Of a stretch of 64,000 nucleotides of DNA, positions 42,111-59,329 are shown one piece after another (positions within the stretch are counted from its first letter, which is position 1; the number at the start of each line of letters is the position of its first letter). Origin of the DNA: the human T2T-CHM13v2.0 reference genome, Homo sapiens; assembly GCF_009914755.1 (NCBI RefSeq), contig NC_060932.1, one strand, 5' to 3'. The position numbers and the translations under genes are program-made. The notes beneath the pieces are model-generated. The model had not been told where the DNA came from and did no database searches. It saw nothing but the letters and a program-made list of their open reading frames with translations.

Positions 42111-43844
42111 GGTCAAAATCTTCTCTTTGATCTTAGAGGAGTATTTCTCTTCCTTAATGGTGACAAAGACGAAGGGATTAAACCCTAACGACACATCAAA
42201 AGTATTTTTCTATTCTATTCTATTCTATTATGCCAAAAAGCCCTTTGGGGTCTCTATTTTATAAGTTGCATAAGAATTTCCTAACTAGCCTGCTCAGTTG
42301 TCTTTAAAATTGGAGTCAGTCAAGGTCTGGAGCAAAACTTTAAAAATCTCCAACTAGAGTCAAACCATTCAGTGTATATTCAGGATTTGTTTGTTTTCTT
42401 TGTTTTGATGAAATTCCAAAGCAGGAGGCAAAAAAGCACATCCTATAAAATAAAGAACAATTTCAGCTGAATTTCTGTTAATGACCTAATAGGTCTTCAT
42501 AATATTAGTGGAGTAATTTCCCCTCTCATACCTGATTTGATCCTCACAACAATCATATAAAAGGCAAAGGCATCATTAGTATTTCTATTTTACCTACCAT
42601 GGTTTTATAAGAATGATAGTAAGTAATCAGTACATTCATTGATAAATCAAAAGGTTTTATTGAGTACTTTGCCTGTATTCGGCAATATGCCAAAAACTGC
42701 AGCATTCAAGAGGAGTATAAAACATGCTTTCACCCCTAAAGAAGACCTTGTACTAGCTGTTGAAAGATGGTCTGTATACATTCAAAAATTAATAAGTTTA
42801 TAGAAAGCAATAGTGACAATAACTTTATAGAACAATTAATGAATGAAACAACCTGGCAGTTGTGCAGTGCTGACAATAAATACAAAGTGAGTTAAACCAC
42901 AAAGAGACCAATGTGGCTGCAGTGCTCCTGCAGTACTGAGCTTTATGCTCAGTACTAAGGTCACCAGTAAAGAATCTCAAGGACGCTCCAAGTTCACTTA
43001 CCTGATTTATGTCTGGAATAACTGGGAGGACTCAAATGAAAGTGAAGAGCATGGTTTTTAATTTCAGTTTTTATATTGCTGCAGTCAACAACAATATAGT
43101 GTAGTAGACAAAGTTGCTTGTCACTTTATCAATCTTCATATTGCAATCAAGAAGTTCTAACCCTAAGCAAATAGAAGCAAGTAGATGAATTCTTCCCAGT
43201 AATCAACTAAAAATATCTTCAGATTTTATTTAATATAACTATAATGGGGGCAGGAAAATGGGCAAATATATTGGAATGATGAATAAAAAGGAATCCCGGA
43301 GTCGTACCTTATTTCAATGAAACTTATTATATCTTAAAGATCAGGGATGAGTAATATAGAACAGACAATAAACAACTGCAGGGTCACTTTCAGACACAAT
43401 CTGGGTCGGCCTCCAGGTTGAAAGGAAACAGCACATAACTCAGGTATACTTGAGAGAACACATTTTGGCTCACCACCAAGAGGCTGGATGGTTTAAGGTA
43501 CAGGTGAAAGGTCTTTACCCCCACAATTAGGTCAACAATACAGTCATGGCAAAAACAAAAAACAACAAAAAACAAACAAACAAAAACCCTTCTCAAATAC
43601 TCTAAGCTGATTGTCTGCTTCTTCTTGCCACTTAAATGTGATATTGTCCACAGTTAGACACTTTGTGCTCCCTTTCCTCCTCTCATTCTACACTGTCTTC
43701 CTTGGCCATATCATACACTCCCACATCTTTAGCTACTACCTAAAATTTAGATTCTAAACAAGAAAGATGCCAACTTTGACCTTTAACCCATACATACTCA
43801 TCTGAATATTTGACATCTCATTTTATTTTTCTCTTTAAACACCC

Positions 43845-43985
43845 TTCTTTCTTTCCTTCTTTCCTTCCTTCTTTCCTTCCTTCCTTCCTTCCTTTCTTCT
43901 TTCATTTCTTCCTTTTTCCTTCCTTCATCCTACCTTCTCTCTCTTTCTTCCTCTCTTTCTCTCCTTCCTTCCTTCCTTTCCCTCT
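43845..43985. repeat. (TTCC)n/(TTTC)n polypyrimidine tract
   Basis: Direct reading. Confidence 0.9.
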
Positions 43986-44298
43986 TATTACCAAGATCTC
44001 TCTCTATTCTAGCCTCTTCCTTGCTTTACACTCACAATTTTCCCCCTCACTTCCACCATGGTGGTGCTTATTATTATTATTACTATTTTCATTATAAACT
44101 ATTAAAATATATGTAATATTCATTCATATATTTAATTACAAATGATTATTTTTGCTAGCAAACAAATATAAAAAAAAGTAACATTTAGCCACATTTGCTG
44201 CATATCTTTTTTACACAAAAATTAAAGTAGCATAGTTTTTATTATTTGATTTTAAATTTGTATTCTAAAATTTTAATATGATTTGGTTATTCCCCTGA

Positions 44299-44625
<327 letters not shown>

Positions 44626-45577
44626 AACATCATAAACTCTTTCACATAACTTACCGCCCTATCATGATCTTTCTCCCCTCTACCTCCTCCTCTCTAGCCT
44701 CACTTTGGCCCACCTCCAAGGTGCCCTGTCCTCCTACCTACCAAACCGCTAGCAACACCTTTGCATGGGCTGCTCCTTTTACTGGAAATATTCTTTCCCA
44801 TGGTATTCAGCTTACCTTTCAAAACTTAACTGACACCTACATAACAAAACAAGTGGTATAAAACATATACACACCAAATCTTTCTACCTCTAAACCTCAT
44901 CTATATTTGTTTTAACATATCCTAGAGTAAGTTTGTGTGATGAGGATGGAGCAGACGCAAAAGGTCATCTGGTGCAATGGATACTAAGAAAAGAAGGTAC
45001 TTGATCCCGTGCGCATATAAAAAAATCAAGCAGGCAAAAAAAATTCACAAAACTCCTGGGACACCCGGGAACCAAGGACAGAGGTCAGGGGGCTGAAGGG
45101 AGACAACACCTATAATAATGATCAAGATAACAATCTCTGAGGTCAGACTTTCAGAATTCAATTCTAACTCCACCACTCTCCTGCCAGGTAAGATTAAGCG
45201 AGTTATGCATCCTCTGTGCTTTGGTTTCCTCATCTAAAGAGGACACCTCCTGCATATGATTGTTGTAATGGTTAAATATGATAATCCATATCAAACTGAT
45301 GGAAAGAAGTTGACACATAGTAAACTTTAAATAAGTATCAGCTAGTATTTTCATTACTCATTACATAGCCAAAGATGAGTAAAACAATGACTTGCTGTGA
45401 AACAAGCTAGTCTGATAAAATTCAGATCTTAGACCACAAAAAAAGGAGGAAATCACACAGAAACTTTTTGGAGAAATACAGTTTTCAAAATAATATGCTG
45501 GAAATAATTTATTATTATAAAATGGTATATGATAGAAAGGGCACCCCATGAATTAATTTTTTTTTTAAAAAGCTAAT

Positions 45578-46084
45578 GCTGGGTGCAGTGCCTCATGCCT
45601 GTAATCCCAGCACTTTGGAAGACCAAGGCAGGGGGATTGCTTGAGCAAAGGAGTTCAAGACCAGCCTGTGCAACAAAGTAAGACCTTGTCTCTACAAAAA
45701 AGAATATAATTAGCCAGTAATTGAATTGTTTGTAACACAAAGGATAAATGCTTGGAGAGATGGATACCCTGTTCTCCATGATCTGATTATTTCACATCAC
45801 ATGCCTATATCAAAATATCTCATGTACCCAGTAAATATATACACCTACTGTGTACCCACCAAAATTAGAAATTTAAAAATTTTGAAAAAGTTAGCCAGGC
45901 CTAGAGGCACACACCTGTAGTCCCAGCTACTCGAGAGGCTGAAACAGGAGGATAGCTTGAGCTCAGGAGGATAGCTTGAGCTCAGGAGTTTGAGGCTGCT
46001 GTGAGCTATGATCAAGCCACTGCATTCCAGCCTGGGCAACAGAGCAAGACCCTATCTCAAAAAATAAAATAAAATAAAATAAAA
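45578..46084 (+). mobile_element. AluJ-like element split at its middle linker by an L1 fragment
   Basis: Left arm 45578-45717, right arm 45891-46084; includes a 19-bp tandem duplication caggaggatagcttgagct. Confidence 0.88.
45718..45890 (+). mobile_element. L1 3' end fragment (L1MA1-3-like)
   Basis: ttgtttgtaacacaaaggataaatgcttg..gatggataccc ... aaatatatacacctactgtgtacccac; TTAGCCAG duplicated on both sides. Confidence 0.85.
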
Positions 46085-46241
46085 GTTAAATTCAACTTTA
46101 AAAAAAGAGGTTTTGAAAGACATTTTCTAAAGGAAAAGATAACAGACCTTTAGCTTGGTATTGAAGACACAGTGATAATGAATGAAAGCTATCTGGACAA
46201 ATTTGTCAACCCCTCTTTGGCTTTCAAATAGGATAAACTTC

Positions 46242-46242
<1 letters not shown>

Positions 46243-46294
<52 letters not shown>
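46243..46294. repeat. (AGAT)13 tetranucleotide STR
   Basis: Uninterrupted AGAT run. Confidence 0.95.
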
Positions 46295-46295
<1 letters not shown>

Positions 46296-46889
46296 TAGAA
46301 GAAACATCGTTAAGGGGAAATTGAAGTCTAAGAGAAGTAAGGAGCTGAGCTCAAAGTACTGAGATCCCTAAAATATGAGCAGGAAACTTTGAAAATGCAA
46401 CTTTATGATTGGGAGAGAATGAAATTGAGATAATGCAATTTCAAGGAGTAGAAAAAGGTAAATTGTTGAAATTATTAAAAGTGAGTTTGATACCCATTCC
46501 GCTCCACAGTTTAGAACTCACCAATGAAAGAGTGTTCTGTGAGCATTTAGAGAGGAAAGCAGGATTTACTGAGCTATTTGACTGTATCTGTAGAAGAAGA
46601 CTGTCTAGGACAAGGGAAGAGAGAGAAACACTCCATCCTGGGCCATAAATTCACTTTGGGACACCATCTCTTCAGTGTGATAACCTGGAGGTCATTCAAA
46701 ATAGAATATCAAAATAGTGGACATGTTCAAAGCAACATTGTAAGAGAAGGAATAGCATAATCAAATTGTTGCTGTTTTGCTATTTTTTACAGTTTATTAT
46801 TTTTAAAATGTAAATTTCTGTATAATTTTAAATATTAGAACTAAACATTTATGGGAATCAGTGTTAACTCTTCCCCCCTTCTTTGTTAA

Positions 46890-49800
46890 GTTTTCATTTT
46901 ATTTTTAATAGCTTCATTCAGATATAATTAACATGCCATACAACTTACCCATGTAAAGTAGATAATTCAATTTTTTTAGTGTACTCACAGAATTATATCA
47001 CCATTATCTCAATAAAATTTAGAACATTTTTATCATATATCTCTTGTTTTGACAGATATCTCATTGAATAAGTAGGTCAGTATGAGAAGTATTGCCATTT
47101 TGACAATATGAAATCTATTTTGACAATATGGAGTCTTTTCATCATGAACATGGAATATTTTCTTTATTTATTTAGAACTTCTTTAATTTCTTTAAAAAAT
47201 GTTTTGTAGTTTTCAGAGTAAGTTTGCACTTTTTTCATTAAATTTATCCCTAAGCATTTTATTGTATTGTTTTCTCAATTCCATTTCCAGATTGCTCATT
47301 GCATGTGTATAAATATACAATTGATTTTCACATACTGATTTTGTACACCAATCTTGATGAACTTGTTTATTAGTTCTAATATATTTGTGATGCATTCCTT
47401 AAGATTTTTCTGCATACAAGATTTTGTCATCTGATTTTGGGGAGAAAGCATTCAGTCTTTCACCATGAAGTATGATGCTGTCTATGAGTTTTTCTTAGAT
47501 GACTTTTATCAGGTTGAGGAAGTTCCCTTTAATTTATAATATGTTGAGTGTTTTGATCATAAAATTGTATTACATATTATTAAATTTATTATTATGTCTA
47601 TTAAGATGATCATATCATATCTGTTCTTTATTCTGTTGTTATAGTGTATTACATTAATTGATTTTTGAATGTTAAATCTACTTTGCATTCCAGGGATAAA
47701 TCCCACTTTGTCAGGGTGTATAATTGTTTTATATGTTTCTGGAATTAGTTTGACTATATTTCCTTGAGTATTTTTTGTGTTCATATTTATAAACAATGGT
47801 GGTCTGTAGCTTTTTTTTCTTTAGATGTTTGTTTTTCTCTGGTTTTGGTATCAGAGTAATACTGACTTCATAGAATGAGTTGAGAAGTGTTTCTCCTCTT
47901 ACATTCTTGGAAAAGTTTGTGAAGAATTGATTTTAATTCTTTAAATGTTCACGAATGAAGTCATCTAAGTCCAGAGCTTTTCTTTGTTGGCAGCTTTTGA
48001 TTACTTGTTCTTGGTCTATCCTACATTCTGTATCATTTATATTCTATATTGTCTACTTCTTCAAAAGTCATTTGGAATCGTTCGTTTATTTTCTGGTACT
48101 TGTGTATTTCATGTAAGTCATCTAATTTATTGGCATGCAGGTGTTCAAAATATTGCTTTATTATTCCTTTTGTTTGTGTATAGTTTGTGATAATGTCCCA
48201 TCTTACATTTATGAATTTATGATTCCATTAGTTTTACATGTTTTGTTATCTCCCCATCTCCCCCTTCTCAAGGTTTGTCCATTTTGTTCATGTCTTCAAA
48301 GAACAAGAGTGGAATTCACTGATTTTATCTATTTTATTTTTAATATTCTTCACTTCATTTCCACATTAGTTCTTATTATTTCCTTCTTTTTGCTTGCTGT
48401 AGGGTTTGTTTGCTCCTCTTTTTCCAGTGTCTTGAAGTTGAAGATTGTGTTATTAATTTGAAATCTTTCCTGTTTCTTAGGAAAGGCATGTAGAACTGTA
48501 AATTTACCTTTAAGCACCTATTTAGCTGCACTCTACACATTTTGATGTGTTGTGTCTTTATTTTCATTCAGAGTATTTTGATTTCCTTTTTGACTTTTTT
48601 CTTTGACCCATTGGTTATTTAGGAGTCTGTTGTTTAATTTCCACATATTTGTGAGTTCCCCAAATCTTTTTCTGTTATTGATTTCTAATTTCATTACGTT
48701 GTGAATGGAGAACATACTTTGTATTATTACTATTATTTAAAATTTATTGAGCTTTTTCTTTCTTTTGTTCCTTCTTTTCTTTTTCTGATTTTTATTGGGT
48801 AGAGTGTTCTAAAGACATCATTAAGTGTAATGAATTTATGTTGCTGTTTTAATCTTCAATTTCCTTGTTGATATTTAGGCCAGCTGTTCTATCCATTAAT
48901 GAAAGTAATGTATTAAAATCTCTAAATATTATGGTAAATTTCCCCTTTTTCCCTTCACTTTGGTAAGGTATTTTCTTTATGTATTTTGATTATTTGTTCT
49001 TCAATACATGCATATTTTCAATTGTTATACCTTCCTGATCAATTTATCCTTTTATCCTTATAAAAGTCCCATTTTTATCTCTAGTGACATTTTGTTTTAA
49101 AGTCTATTTTGATTTATACTACTATAGTCGCTATAGCTATCTGTAATTACTTTTTACATGATAAATTTTTTTCTAACCTTTTACTTTTATCTTTGAATCT
49201 AAACTGTGTCTCTTGTAAATAGTATATAGTTTTTTTAAATCAAATCTGATGAACTCTGCCTTTTAATTGGATTGTTTAATCCATTCACACTTGTTATTTT
49301 TTACATAATTTGATTTACACCTGCCATTTTAATTATTGCTTTACATGTCTCTCATATCTATTTTGTTCCTCTTCCCCCTATTGCTTTCCTTTTCCTTAAG
49401 CAAATATTTTCTAATAAGGCACTAAATTTCTTTAGTAATTTGCTCTCTTTTTTTTTTTTTTTAAGGAACTTCTTTGTGGCTATTCTACAGCTTCCCACAT
49501 ACATCCTAACTTATCAGAACCAGCTTCAGGTTTACACTACCTTATTTCCATTAAGACATATAAATATTATTCCTATATATTTCTATTTATTTTTCTTATT
49601 TCTGTGGTATTACTGTTACACACATTATATCTAATAATGGTACAGATCCAACAATATATTGTTATAATTATTACTGTGTATAATTTTATGTCTCAAAGAA
49701 GCTGAGAGGAGGAAAGAAAGTAAGAAGAAAAACTTAAATAAGAATGTTCACATTCTTATTTAAGATTTCTAATTATCTTCATTACTTCTTGTGGATTTTA

Positions 49801-50097
49801 AAGTTGCCATCTGGAGTCATTTCCTCAGCCTAATACAACTTTACTCCCACCTATTATATCTTCTTTTATTTGTTCAATAATGGCTTCCTTTAGTTATTTA
49901 AACATATTTATAATGGCTACTTTTGTTGTCTTTTTTCTCTTAAATCCAACTTCTGGTCACTCTCATAGGCAGTTTCTGTTGCATATTTTTTTTTGTTCTA
50001 GTATATGGGTCATATTTTTATATCTGTGTAGCTCATAATTTTTTGTTTTTGGAAACTGGACTATATATATATATTTCTTGGGTGTGTGTGTGTGTGG

Positions 50098-50128
<31 letters not shown>

Positions 50129-50600
50129 AGCCTCGCTCTGTCACCCAGGCTGCAATGCAGTGGTGGATCTTGGCTCACTGCAACCTTCACCTCCTGGGTT
50201 GAAGAAATTCTCCCACCTCAGCCTCCCGAGTAGCTGAGATTACAGGTGCCCACCACCATGGCCGGCTAATTTTTGTATTTTTAATAGAGATGGGGTTTCA
50301 CCATGTTGGTGAGGCTGTTCTCAAACTCCTGACCTCAAATGATCCACCTATGATCTGCCTGCCTCAGCCTCCCAAAGTGCTAGGGTTATAGGAGTGAGCC
50401 ACCACACCCTGCCTAAAATATATTATTTTGATAACTCTGGGTATTGCCTCTCCCCTGGGGCTTATTATTGTTGTTTGCTTATTTATTTTTTCATGACTCA
50501 TTATTTTAGTGACATAGCTTTTCCTTCCACAGTGTTAAGCTTCTGATGATGCTCCTCAGTGAGGTGCAGCTTAGGATAGGTCTCAGAGTTTCCAGATAAA
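46890..50600 (-). mobile_element. Old fragmented L1M (3' end plus ORF2 remnants)
   Basis: ORF 47557-47796 [27 protein letters not shown] matches L1 ORF2 [25 protein letters not shown]; ORF 48533-48715 has WKLNNRLLNNQWV; boundaries approximate. Confidence 0.88.
50098..50413 (-). mobile_element. AluS inside the L1M
   Basis: T26 tail, then cctcgctctgtcacccaggc ... gagccaccacaccctgcc. Confidence 0.93.
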
Positions 50601-50659
50601 AGTATGTCCCAGTCAAACCTTGCTGTCAACCTTGTGGGACCTTAAACAATGAATCCAGC

Positions 50660-50993
50660 TGATACGGTTTTGTCAGTTTCCCCGCCCAAATCTTATCTTG
50701 AATTCCCACTTGTTGTGGGAGGTAATTGAATCATGGGGGCAGATCTTTCCTGTGCTGTTCTCATGATAGTCTCATGAGATCTGATGGTTTTATAAGGTGG
50801 AGTTTCCCTGCACAAGTTCTTTTTTTGCCTGCTGCCATCCATGTGAGATGTGACTTGCTCCTCTTTGCCTTCCGCCATGATTGTGAGGCCTCCCCAGCTA
50901 TGTGGAGCTGTGAGTCCAATTAAACCTCTTTCTTTTGTAAATTGCTCAGTTTTGGGTATATCTTTATTGGCAGCATGAAAACAGACTAATACA
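50660..50993 (+). mobile_element. THE1 (THE1C-like) MaLR solo LTR nested in an older MLT1 LTR
   Basis: tgatacggttt..cccaaatcttatcttgaatt ... gccatgattgtgaggcctccccagc ... aaacagactaataca; perfect TSD CCAGC at 50655-50659 and 50994-50998. Confidence 0.93.
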
Positions 50994-51129
50994 CCAGCCA
51001 AACCCACTGCAGTTTCTTACTTGCAGAACCGTGAGCTAATACGTGGGTTTTGTTTAAGTCCCTTGTGCATTAGTAGTTATTTCTCAACTGTTAACAGAAA
51101 ATGAATGCAATGATTAAACAGTCTTCAGT

Positions 51130-52980
<1,851 letters not shown>

Positions 52981-55900
52981 CCATCAGTGTGGATGCAAGG
53001 TCATTACATATGGGAGCACGGTGCAGAACCTGGTCAACCATTCTCAGGAGGCAGCCCCCCAGAAGTAAAGCACACTAAATAAAACCCTTTCTTATAATCA
53101 TGATTTAACATTCTTAAGAATGCTATAGAGCCATATATAAGGAGTGAGTGGAAAATTTTCATTTTAATTCCTTTTCCGCATATGCTCAAGATTACATTAT
53201 TTATTACCTTGGCAAAAGTCCTGATCACTCTCATATTAGAACCATGGCAAGTATTATATTTGCAGGAAGGTAGGGTGGGAGATGAGTAGTTGATTTATTC
53301 AGGAGTATAATATAATTACACTAATTATTGTCTTATAATAAATTAGTAGCAATCAAGTTTTGTAATGAAGATGTTCAGTCCTTTTAGTCTGGGAACCAGA
53401 GGAATGAAATTCATTGAGCAATCTATAAAACAGACATATTCAGTATTTTTTTCTAAAAGCATACCTAGCTAATGTTGGCATAAGAAAAAGCTGGTCATAA
53501 ACACCACTATGAATCACTCAAATTATACAACCTGAATTTTAACTCTAAAAACACCCTCTAAACTCTAAAACAAATGAAGTGACTACAGTCATAGATATAT
53601 AGATTGCCAAGAAAATGTGTATTCACACAGAAGGACTATTTAGTGGATTAGGAGTTCCAGAATCATTGGCATAGGAGTGGAAGGTTTTATTAGGGAATAT
53701 TTTCGTGACAAATGTAAAAAAAATGGAACTTCAGTCATCATGTAGTAATATTGTCTAGAGGAAGACATTAGTGGATCTGGTGTTAGATAATCAGTTCGTG
53801 CCTTCATAGTTTTGTACGAGTCTATTAAATTCGGAAAGCCTTAATATCTCCTTCTATAACACAAAAACAAAACAACTACAAAAATGTTCCTTCCTATCCC
53901 ATGTGAAAGGTGGAGGTGCAAATGAAAAAACATATGATATAATATTGTAAGTTGCAATGCCTTATTAAAGGTGAGCTATGAATTTTGAGTAATAATGATA
54001 CACCGATTTGTTAGACATTGAGCACCCAAATGCATGGAAATAGTCCAACCCATTTATGACACAGCAGAGATTGCTATGAAAATTCAATAAAAATTACATG
54101 GAATAACGGCTATTCTAATATTACATTTGAGCCTGCTAACTTTTACACCTCAGAGACACTGAGGCCCTGAGATCAAAGGCTAGCATGAATGTCAATAGTT
54201 AAAACAACAGATTACAAGGTTGTAAACCTTCAGACCCCCATCTTCAGATCTTGAGAGTACTGTATATCTGAAGAGTTCCTCCCTGCTCCTGAATGGGTCT
54301 TTAGCCATAAGGTTATACCTGTACTGTAGCCTTTTCTTTGTTCTCTCTCCATTTTCCCTCCATGTGGCATTTCTGTTACAGCATATAAGTCCCTAGAGGC
54401 CTAAGCATCAGTAGTCACAGCTGTCATGAGTGATTTCTATAAAGCATTTCAGGGTGAAAGGTGCTTCATCCACCTACAATGCTATCATTATCAGTCATCT
54501 CAGAAAAATCAGAGCTGAGCCTCCTTCCTGTGTGATAGCAGCTGAAAACTGCTGATCTCTTCTTGATATGGATTTCTTGATTGTTAACCTAGAATACAAT
54601 GTATATTGCTTTGATATAAAATGCATGCAGAAAAGCTTCTTATTTGAAGGATTAAAAGTAAAATCTAGTTTTGTTCTCATTTCCTTCTGTTCTATTTGAA
54701 CAGCAGGAGTACAGACTTATTTTTACTATCCTTCTGCTTAGAGCAATGGGATTTTGATGTTAAACAAAAGAAGGGATTTATTTTAAATATCTAGGCCTAA
54801 ACCAAGCAAGGAACAAGGGCTACGAGTCAGTGACATGAAAATTGGACTTCGTTACATTAGAAGCAACTCTAGATATTTTTTCCCTAATTGATTCAGCAAC
54901 TGCAGAAAAGTTCATTTACTATAATCAATATTACTTTACATTGTGCCTCAATCAAAAACTACTTTTCCATGGTCAATAGCAATTAGACAAATGGATAGAA
55001 ATGACAGCATTGATGGTGATAGACTTCAAGATTTATACCTGCCATTCTTTTAAAAAATAACGCCAGGGAAGAAACAGCTAATTGCATTATATTGAATTGG
55101 AAACCTTTTAGAAACAACCTAGAAAGGGCTTTGAAAATAAGTCAGAAATATCCTAGGTCAGGAAGCTGAGAAAAAAAAGATATATCTAAACCTTTCTTGC
55201 TAATGTTTTATTAAGTTAATCAAGATCTAACAAATGATAGGAAAAACAAGGAAACAAAACCAAGAAGGACACAAGTGGGATATAAATTGGTACCTCATAG
55301 GAATGTTCTAAGAAATGAAACAATTTCACCTGAAAGGCCTTTATAAATAGTAGTCTTTGGTTTTCATGAAGAACCATGGTTTGTGTCCAACGGAAAGTTA
55401 GTAAGGAAAAAAGGCAAACTATAGCAGGAGGCATACTAAACATAAGTGTTAAGAAATGAGTGAGCACCTGTAAAGAACCAAATGACTTGTCTGAATGAAC
55501 AGAGAAAACTATTTACCTTCTGGTGCAGTGCATGTTAATCCAGCTATGTGCATGCATCCCACATCTCACATGCTGGCTGCTTTGTGATGGGCATTCTCAT
55601 TTTTCTCTTTGATGCATTTCAAAACCTATAGTGGATGCTTTAGACCAATACTTCCAGGAGAACAAAATTGCAGTAGTACAGAGGGAAAGTTCATTAAGCA
55701 TTGTTAGAATCAAGATGGGGTGAGTTAAACTAAGGACGGTACAGGCAGTGGAAGCCAGAGAAGCACTTGCAGTGGAGCATGAGGAGTTGCAGCAGAAAGA
55801 GATGGAGGCTGGGGTGGAGACTTCACTGCCACAAAAAGAGGTCATTAGTGTGTACGCAAGGTCATTAGGTATGGGTGTACAGTGCACAACCTGCTCAACC

Positions 55901-56110
55901 ATCCACAGGAAGCAGCTACCCAGCAGTAAAGCACACTCAATACAACTCTTTCTTACAATAATGATTTAATATTATATCACAGTTTAATTTGATCAAAACA
56001 CTATGACAGCAAGACTATGTGACCAAATCTAAATTACATAAACTCAGCAGTTGGTAAAGTGGCAAGGTCCTGGAACAGGGTATGCAGATGAAGTCTAATG
56101 GATAGTATAT

Positions 56111-56494
56111 CCCAAATTACTATAGGACACTAAGTCTTGGGGAATATTAATATTAGAAGAGCATAACTGTATCACAACCAATGTAACTTTCTTATTTTTC
56201 TGGGGATTTCTCTCTTCAAACTAGTAGTCCTTCCAAAAAAAAAAAAACCTGGTGGCTAGTATGAAATATAACATATTATATATATAATATATAATACTAT
56301 AATAAAGTATATATTAAAATAAAAAATAGTCTGGTAGTTAATATATCCCTGCAACCCAAATTACTAGAGGACACTAAGCCTTGGGGAATACTAATGTTAA
56401 AAGGGCATAATTGTATCACAACCAATTTAACTTTCTTATTTTTCCAGGGATTTCTCTCTTCAAAATAGCAGTCCTTAAAAAAAAAAATACCTGG
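56111..56494. repeat. Diverged ~140-bp direct duplication with AT-rich spacer
   Basis: 56111-56252 aligns to 56355-56494 (cccaaattacta..ggacactaag..ttggggaata ... gggatttctctcttcaaa ... cctgg). Confidence 0.92.
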
Positions 56495-58659
56495 AAACAC
56501 CAATCTCGTACTTTTGCTTTCTGATTTGTAGAAGTTTTTGGACTGTGTTACAAATGCCTACAAAATACTCACACTTTCTTCTCTCATCTTGCTGAAGCAA
56601 CCCTTAACTTTCTTTGACCATACACCTTCTAGCATCTATTCTTACCATCCCTCTCCATCCATTATCCTCATAGTGCTCAGAAAAATCCTTCAAACATATA
56701 ATGAATTGGATAATACTATTGTCCTATCTGAACCATTTCAATAACTTTCAGTTATACTTCAATATGATTCCAGGATCGTACTAATGGGTCTGAAATGGCC
56801 TGCAAGATACACTTCTCCCATAGCCTTAGCTCATATTATTCCCCCTAGTTTATGGTTCTCAATGCAGTAAGCACTTCTTTACCTGAGGAACTTATCCTCT
56901 CAATCTCCCTTTCCTGCCTTTCTGTTAAGAGCCGTCCCTAGTATCTGGGAAGCTATGAGACAATCTTTCTTAGCGTATGATTTATGGGTATTTGTCCTGG
57001 AAAAGAGCAGAATTAGCCAGAAGCCCTGATAATCTCCCATATTTCTTTTATTTGATGTAAATAGTTATCTATGAGCACTGCACTTTGATTCCTAATAGTG
57101 TGGTTCATTGATGAGCTTCTGATGAGATTTTAAGAAGCCCCACGAGGCAAGAAAGAAGGGAGACAGATGGAAAACAAGCAATTATAAGTGTAGTGATGAG
57201 TAGGAAAAATGAGAAAAGATCCATTTAGAAATAGTAAGTTTTAGAAAGCTAAGGAAAGAGATTGTTATCTATAGCAGGAGAAACCTAAGGAAGTAATGAA
57301 TATAAAATTCCAAAATTAAAGTACCAGTGGACCTGAAAAGTCAAAGATGAATGACTAAACATGATATAAATACACAGAGAGAGACAGAGAATGCAAGCAA
57401 ATGAATGAGAGAGTCCAGTGTGAAATACTCTTAATAATATTTTTACTTATATAAGAATAAGAGAATAAAAAAAGCTAATTTTGAATCTTTGTAAAAAGTT
57501 GATTCCTAAAATTTTGACCTGTTATAAAATTAGCATTGATTCCAAGTTCTCATTGGTCCAACACTCAGCCACATGAACATTCTCGTTGTGTCTCAAAGGG
57601 ACAAAATAGATGTTAGTACTTCAGGCAGGTTTGTTTTCCTTCAATTATGCTATTTACTTTCTGCAATGCAATGACTTTCATCAACGATCTTTTGTTAAAA
57701 ATAAAATGCTGTATGTACAATGCACACACAACTCGTTGAAAACAGGACAGAGCTTTTACTATTTTAACTTCACTTAGGCATCCAGTACAAGTCTGCTCTT
57801 ATGTTAAGCTATACTGTGTTCCTACCTTCTCATTTAAGAGTGACATGGAGATCCAATTTGTAAGCATCCAGTTGAATGCAGAGGCATTCATGTCTTGTGA
57901 GGACATACACAAGTGTAGTAGGCATGAATGGGTTTGCTGTGCTTGTCACAGTTCATTGGAAGCTGAAGATGAATCAACAACAAAGAGGACATTTTAAATT
58001 ATCATTTTGATTTCAATTTACTGCTACACCCACAAGTCTCTCTAAGTAATAGAGCAAATAAATAATCACTCTACAACAGGAAAACCACTCATCCTTTACA
58101 CAAACCAAGACGACTGCAGTAATTACTGGGGACTTGAATAGGGCTAAATTGTCAACTAAAAATGATAACAAGCAGTATGAGTATTACGACTCCAAAATTG
58201 AGCTTGTAGAATTTTTAATTTTGCTTTATTTTGTTCTTTTCTTCTACTGAGAATTATGAAACAATATGATCAGAACAGAGTTCTGATATAGTTTCTGAAA
58301 CAATTCACTTGGAAAAAAAACTAGAATATGAAAAAATTCTCTGAACCAGAATAACCTTTTTTATTCCAGTACTTTCAGTTATATTTTATATAATCAGAAT
58401 ATATTGCCAAACATACACATATGGATTTCTGTGGGCTAATGATTATGTGTGTATGTGTTCACCAAAGTTTTGGGATACCTGCTATATAACAGATCTCAAA
58501 TATTTCATTTACTCTTTACAAAAAAACAGTTAAATGGGTATTACAATTCCTAATTTAGGGAAGAAGGAAGGGAGATTTAGTTAAAATAACTAGACTCAAT
58601 GAACACAGCTAAAGGGTGATGAAGGTGATATGCAATTTGTACCCAGGAATTTTGGCCCC

Positions 58660-59140
<481 letters not shown>

Positions 59141-59329
59141 ACCCCCTGAACCAGTGTTCCTTCTCCTGTGGCACACTGCCTCCACTTCTTAGGAATGAAG
59201 TGGGACCAAAGGAAGTTTGAAACCATGGAAATGATTTTACTCTAAAGTTTTCTATAACTTCCAAATGCTTGTCTTCTCTCTTCGTTCTCCCTTTTTATCT
59301 TCCACTTTATTGGTCAGACATGGAGATAA

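Noticed and set aside
47557-48715. ORFs with real reverse-transcriptase/endonuclease-region similarity
   Set aside because: Short fragments of a dead L1 ORF2 broken by stops and frameshifts; not a functional gene.
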